Below are positions 62,618-64,000 of a DNA stretch of 64,000 nucleotides, one piece after another. A program made the translations under genes and the position numbers. The notes below the pieces were generated by a model, which was not told where the DNA came from, did not search any database, and was given only the letters and a program-made list of their open reading frames with translations. Position 1 is the first letter of the stretch. Each line of letters opens with the position of its first letter. The DNA comes from Mytilus edulis (lineage: Eukaryota): assembly GCF_963676685.1 (NCBI RefSeq), contig NC_092353.1, forward strand, positions 27,156,001 to 27,220,000. The letters run 5' to 3'.

Positions 62618-64000
62618 ACATACCTAATAATGACTTCAGCTAGCAAGCAAACTAACCAAAGATATTACCTCTACCTACACACTTAATGCAACCGGCTGTA
62701 ACTGAATTAGAAGGTACCCCATGCTTGTAACACTTGCCATTAAAAGATGTGAGAACTTTTCCTACTTTTTACATATAATTTTTCAATGTTTCAGTTATAG
62801 TCACGACGTTATAATAGGAGGTAGGATGGGAAATACCGTCTAAAACTAATGTATGTGAGAAACATACTATCTTAAACCAACATGAATCAATTTTAATCCG
62901 AATGTCATAGCTTTAATTCCACCATCCTTTCTTGTACATTCATTGAATAAATACTAAAAAAATCCCTAATTTGTCAACATAGATTACGAAAAAATTCCCT
63001 AATATGTCAACATAGAATACCTTAGCCGTATTTGGCACAACTTTTTTGGAATTTTGGATCCTCAATGCTCTTCAACTTCGTGCTTGTTTGGGTTTATAAA
63101 TATTTCGATATGAGCGTCACTGATGAGTCTTATGTAGACGAAACGCGCGTCTGGCGTACTAAAGTATAATCCTGGTACCTTTGATATCATAACTATTGCG
63201 ATTTGGGCTATTATGAGTCGATGATGCTTTGCCGATCGGTTTATAAATAATCCATAATTTCAATTGTTTGAATCTGTATTTTTGATTGTAATATATATAC
63301 GGTGAATCAAATTAGTAGATTATAAGACTTTTCGAAAATGACCCTGGTGTGAAATACATTCAGTAGACATTGGCAAGTCTTTTTAAACTTTCGCGTATTT
63401 GACCATATAATGAGGGTCTGGGTAGTGTTAAGAAATAGAAAATAATGAACAAGTAGAACAGAAAAACGGACGAATAAAAATAATATAGAAAAAAAAAAGA
63501 ATAAAGGAAAACAGACCAATAGATATAGAATAGAGGATATTGGGCAAAATAGATAAAATAAAAAGAAAAATGGCATTAAAATTAAAGAATTCAGAATGGA
63601 AGACCCCAATCCAGATTGTCTTCAATACTATGCGGTTTAGTGGATACAGTTAAATTCCCATCTATTAATTACAGCAACCTGGAGGCTCTAAACAGAGGAT
63701 CATTGGTCACATGATCAACTTATTTAATGGTAATTTTCAATCGAATGAAACTTGAGATTATATGATGTAACCATGCAGATGCGTGTGATGAAATTTAATA
63801 ACAATTCAATAACAGCTTGGTTTTATTTTCTGGTTTGCGGTTAGAAGTATTGAACAATGAGTACTAATATCACCTTTCGTCAGTAGTCATGCGTATGTTT
63901 GTAAACAATATATAAATCAATAGAGCAGAAATTAATAATTGATCATATAAATACTTTTATGATGAGCTGGAATTATCGTGGATAATGAACTTTAAAAGTG

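Overview
AT-rich, intron-rich animal genomic DNA. The repeat landscape looks bivalve, probably a mussel such as Mytilus (inference). Three spliced protein-coding genes were reconstructed by hand. (1) A 13-exon tryptophan hydroxylase (TPH, +, 3881-33454, about 577 aa). (2) Mitochondrial ribosomal protein L23 (MRPL23, -, four exons 40122-42105, first exon not located), convergent with TPH. (3) A 6-coding-exon Bcl-G/BCL2L14-like Bcl-2 family gene (+, 55141-60144, about 569 aa) with a long disordered N-terminus, clustered caspase-type xEVD motifs and two BH3-like helices. TPH intron 9 (13.75 kb) is almost entirely one 13.1-kb CACAG...CTGTG terminal-inverted-repeat element with a TATA target duplication. 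It has no transposase ORF but appears to carry two divergent, spliced, non-coding transcription units around a small CpG-rich promoter. The rest is dense with Helentron-type/HINE elements carrying satellite arrays, Kolobok/PIF/MULE-like MITEs, Penelope-like and CR1/L2-like RT relics, and a possible IFI44-like pseudogene near the right end. No rRNA, tRNA or CRISPR was seen.
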